64,000 nucleotides of DNA. Source: Mobula hypostoma (lineage: Eukaryota). The notes beneath the pieces were generated by a model. That model ran no database searches. It was given only the letters and a program-made list of their open reading frames with translations, and was not told the origin of the DNA. Numbering within the stretch: the stretch's first letter is position 1; every line of letters begins with the position of its first letter. Position numbers and translations under genes: made by a program. The DNA lies in assembly GCF_963921235.1 (NCBI RefSeq), contig NC_086108.1, positions 113,648,001 to 113,712,000 on the forward strand. Reading direction: 5' to 3'. Below are positions 59,890 through 64,000 of this stretch, piece after piece.

Positions 59890-61954
59890 ACTACTTCATA
59901 TATACATGTACATATGCATACACACACACACACTTATTATATAATAACTAATATATAGACATGACAGCATAGTAAAGCTTAAATTGTCCTATTCAGGCCT
60001 AAAGTTTTAATCACTGTGAAGGCATTCTTAGTCTTATGGGATAATGTCTTTCCTAATTAGAGGGGTGGGAGGCACTCTGCTTGGCAGATGAGACTTGCTG
60101 CTGTGAAACAATCTCAGGTGCCTCCTCTGTGGTGGTTGACTCTGGGAGTGCAGGAAGAGGTTCTGACAGCTCTGGACACCTTTCTGCTCTAACAATTGAC
60201 CCTGCTCTCCACAACTGATCGATATGTTGTCTCCAGATGACATCAGACGCAATCTCCACTGTGTAGGAGAGTGGTCCAGTTCTGTTCTTAATCTTTCCAA
60301 GTACCTGTTGTTAATCTTCTCTGTAGTCCTTCATCAGGACTGCTTGTCCAGGAGCAAAACCTCGAACCTTCTTGTTTGAGAAGCCTTCAATTCATCTCAG
60401 TTATTTGTCTTGCATACTGCTTCTAAGACTGGGTGTGAGGAGATGCAAGATGTTTCCATGCTGTAATTGTTATATGGTTATAAGCATAGGCGCAAGGGGC
60501 AACCAAGGAGCAGCATCACTGGTAAGTTGTTGGTTGTGGGGTGTGCTCCATTGTGATATGTAAGGAAGAAATTGGCGAGCTTCTGATTCAGTGTTAGTGT
60601 AGTATGTTTTGCTGACGTTGCTTGCCGTGCATTCTTTAAACTCTGGACAAACCTTTTCTTCAAGCCATTTGTAGCTGGGTGGGACAGTACAGAGGTAATA
60701 TGTCTTACTTCATTCATTTCAGGAATGATTGAAACTGTTCCCCAACAAACTGTGGTACATTGCCATTTGTAGCTGCATCCACTCTGAGCAAGAGACTTAT
60801 GCCCATGAATAATCCAGCAACATCCACGTGAATCCTCTGTCTGGGTAATGCCGGGCATTCCCAAGGATGGAGAGGCGCTGTTCTTGGCATCTTCTGGGCA
60901 TGGGGGCATCCCAAACAGTGCATGGCAAGTTGCTCAATCTGCTGATCTATCCCATGTCACCAGACAAAGCTTCAAGCCAATGTTTCATTTTAACTACGCC
61001 TAAATGAACAGCATCTAACTACTCCAACACTTTAGCTCTCTGCTCAAATGGCATAACTCTCAATCCCCAAGGAAGGCAACCTCCGTCAAAGTCAAGTTCA
61101 TATCAGCGCTGGGGAAAATGGGGGAACTGGAGTTTCTTTTGTGTATTCCAGCCATGTCGATCTTAGACAAGATGGAGTATTTTCCGGTTTCCCTTTACAT
61201 CATCTCTGCCGTAACAGGGAGGCCTTCGATTTACATTAAGGAGAATATGTCAAGAGAACTATCTCTTTTGTAATTCTTTTAGATATTTCATTTTCCAAGG
61301 GTAAACAAGACAATCCACCAGCATTTCTATAATTAATTGTTCTCCTGAATTCGATCTTATAATTGTGTCCAAGAAACAGCACATCTCTGCATTTGTGCTA
61401 CTGCAGTTAGTGGAACACCCTTCTATGGATTGAAAATAGACACCGGAGGTTTATAATCAGTAATGAGGGTAAAGTCTCTCCATTACAGGTACTGGTGGAC
61501 ATATTTTACATCCCAAACCAGAGTCAAGGCCTCTCTGTCAATCTGTGTATAATTCTCTCTGAAGCAGTAACGGAACATCATGCAAAGGCTGTGGGGTATT
61601 CACTTGCATCACTCATAACATGTTAGGTAATTGTACCTATACCATAAGGTAGGGTGTCACAGACAAGCTTCACTAGATGATGTGGATTATAATGTGTGAG
61701 TACAGTGTCTGATATCACCATCCCTTTACCTTTTGGAAAGCCACCTCACACTGACATTTCTTCCCAATCTGTAGTAATGACTTCAAGGGATGGTCAGTAG
61801 TCAGGTTTGGCAGGAAACTGTTATAGAGATTGACAAGTCCTTAAAAGCATCGCAACTGTGACACATCCTTTGGCTTTAAGGCATCCATGACTGCTTGGAT
61901 TTTCTCAACACACTTGTGCAATCCTTGTGCGTCAATGGTGTGACCACAGTAAAG

Positions 61955-62460
61955 ACCATCAAATCTGCTCTGCCATTTCATCATGACTGATCCATTTTCT
62001 CTCGACCCCATTCTCCTGCCTTCATCCCATAACCTTTCATGCCTCGACTAATCAAGATCTTATCAACCTCCACTTTAAGTGCACCCAGTGACCTGGCCTC
62101 CAGAGCACCCATCGGCTAAAGAAATTCCACCTCATCTCTGTTCTAAATGGACATCCCTCTATTTTGATGCTATGCCCTCTGGTCCTAAACTCCCCCACCA
62201 AATGAAACATCCTCTTCACATCCGCTCTATCTAGGCCTTTTGATACTCAACAGGCTTTAATGAGATCACACCTCACTTTTCTAAATTCCAGTGAGTACAC
62301 GCCCAGAGCTTTCAATCACTGCTCATATGATAATCCGTTCATTCCCAGAATTATTCCCCTGAACCTTCTCTAAACTCTGTCCAATTTCAGCAGATCTTTT
62401 CTTAAATAAGAATCCAAAACAGCGCACAATACTCCAAGTGAGGCCTCATCATTGTATTAT
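61955..62460 (-). mobile_element. CR1 LINE 3' fragment
   Basis: On -, RPHLEYCA..YLRKDLL..EFRKVRCDLI; 3' UTR. Confidence 0.8.
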
Positions 62461-62524
62461 ATACCCATATTCATTCAAGGCACCTGGTGCTGACTATGTG
62501 AAATTTGCACATTCTCCCTGTAAC

Positions 62525-62832
62525 CTATGTTCCTTCTAAGCTGTGCGCGTGCACAAACATTTATCAATCAGCGCATAGAGGAAATTAATGTGTGCACAAA
62601 AGGTTAGTTACCTAAAATAACGTAGTAATTAATAACTATACTTATTGAAAATAATCTTTTAGCTAAATGTTTCTGTTAACTAGTTAGTCAGTTTTTCAAA
62701 TACCACAATGCACGTCACTAATTTACGTCACCTCATCTTTCCTGTTCCGGTTTGTACAGCTACATCACAGCAGCAGCCATCTTTGGCGGACAGTGTTCAT
62801 ATCATAAAGTTTACAAAGATCTGTTTCAAATT
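62525..62832. mobile_element. Possible hAT-type transposon end
   Basis: tgttccttctaagctgtgcgcgtgc resembles CAGTGTTCCCTCTAA-type hAT termini; partner end not in window. Confidence 0.35.
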
Positions 62833-62840
62833 CTGTAGAT

Positions 62841-64000
62841 CGGGGTCCCCAATCTTTTTTGCACCATGGACCGGTTTAATATTGGCAATATTCTTGTGGA
62901 CCAGCCGACGGGAGACGGGGTGGGGTGTTAAATCACGACCGGAATATAGGTGATAAGTCAACTATAAGTCTCTTATAAGTGGCTAATACACGCAATTTCA
63001 TTTCTAAAAGTGTTTATCTAACGAATTTAATATTAAACACACAGCGCATATTTTCCTTGCATGAATATAGTGATGTCAATTATAAGTTACTTATAAGTCA
63101 ATAGCATCATAACATTTTAAGTCACATTTGGATATTAAACACACAGCGCATATTTTCCTTGTATGAATATATAAAATCATTGCAATAGACCAATATCGCT
63201 GAATCAGGGGGAGCCCTGGGCTTGTTTTCCTGCAACAAGACGGTCCCATCGAGGGGTGATGGGAGACAGCGATACTCGAAGGGGTTCCTTATGTCCAGTC
63301 TATTCTGCAATTTAGTTTTCGTTGCATTCATTGCAGAAAACCCCGCTTCATAGAGATACGATGTTGGAAATGGAAGCAACGTTTTCAGTGCTTTCGTGGC
63401 TATCTCAGAATATTCAGCCTTGACTTTGATCCAGAATGCCGGCAGAGATGTTATGTCAAACATACTTTTTAGCCCACCGTCATTTGCAAGCTCAAGGAGT
63501 TGATCTTCTTCCTGCGCTGACATGGATGATTCACCGGGGACATTCACAAATAGGTCACGGACCTATTCCTTTGGACGTCTTGGGTCATTAGTGGTTGGGA
63601 AGTAACGCTCGAATTCTGTTGACTGTGAAGATAGGTGATCGTGCACCAGCTGTGAGGGGGACGGTGCAGCCTCAGTCTCTCCCAAAATCCCAGCTAATGT
63701 TGGGAACATGTCAAATATGCCCCTGTCCACTCGCCGTCCCCACAGTTCCAGTTTGGCTTTGAAAGCAAACACTTTATCTGCCAACTTGAAGACAAGTTGT
63801 CATTCTCCCTTGAAGTGACAAATTGAGTTCATTGAGCAGATTGAAGATGTCCCACAGATAAGCGAGTTTTGCTATCCACTCCTCGTCACTGAAGTGTGCT
63901 GCCAGTGGTGACTTTTTTTCCTGAAAGAAATCTCTGTAGCTGCTCTCTTAACTCAAAAACCCTGGCCAGGGCTCTCCCCGCTGATAGCCACCTGACTTCA
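62841..64000 (-). mobile_element. hAT (Charlie/Buster-type) DNA transposon, 3' end with disrupted transposase
   Basis: TIR cggggtccccaa; target-like ctgtagat; ORFs 63563-63784 (ADKVFAFKAKLELW..ERYFP) and 63122-63547 (FWIKVKAEY..LLPFPTSYLYEAGFS, hAT dimerisation domain). Confidence 0.9.

Larger units (their letters stand above)
58151..61950 (-). mobile_element. Gypsy/Ty3 LTR retrotransposon remnant (RT end, RNase H, integrase, PPT, 3' LTR) with nested insertions
   Basis: APLHPWECPALPRQRIHVDVAG and HPATNGL..RFVQSLK (integrase); LVCDTLPYGIG (RNase H); PPT aaggagaag next to LTR start tgtgtatttag (59285); LTR end ...ggagttaca (58151). Confidence 0.85.

Noticed and set aside
62951..63172. Direct repeats tattaaacacacagcgcatattttcctt (63031, 63133)
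   Set aside because: Subterminal repeats inside the hAT element; ordinary transposon structure
57684..64000. Next upstream MSH4 exon
   Set aside because: No peptide like FLDIARRTYTEIVDDIA found; the region is TE-derived

Overview
Eukaryotic (vertebrate) genomic DNA. The repeat content (HE1/V-SINE-like SINEs, abundant CR1, Rex1/Babar-type and Penelope retroelements) points to a cartilaginous fish, probably a ray; this is inference. The only host gene is MSH4 (meiotic MutS homolog 4) on the minus strand. Eight internal coding exons (57547-57683, 43159-43262, 40939-41063, 30723-30923, 24345-24463, 20563-20691, 15382-15556, 4485-4573; 1079 nt) all have GT-AG boundaries and splice into one stop-free frame covering the ATPase domain. 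They appear to correspond to human exons 12-19 (numbering from memory); the 5' exons and last exon were not found in the window. The 2-14 kb introns are mostly nested, decayed transposons: CR1, Rex1/Babar-type LINEs, an AviRTE-like RTE, Penelope-like elements, a Hero-like RLE retroposon, Gypsy LTR remnants, and Tigger, Tc1 and hAT DNA transposons. Most interesting signals: (i) Penelope-associated minimal hammerhead ribozyme motifs and short palindromic derivatives with long TSDs, (ii) a Hero-like element sitting inside an (AC)n microsatellite, (iii) a tandem duplicated in-frame splice acceptor on the Walker-A exon, and (iv) locally templated duplications. I could not support a wholly new protein-coding system. 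TE boundaries are approximate unless a TSD or TIR is stated.
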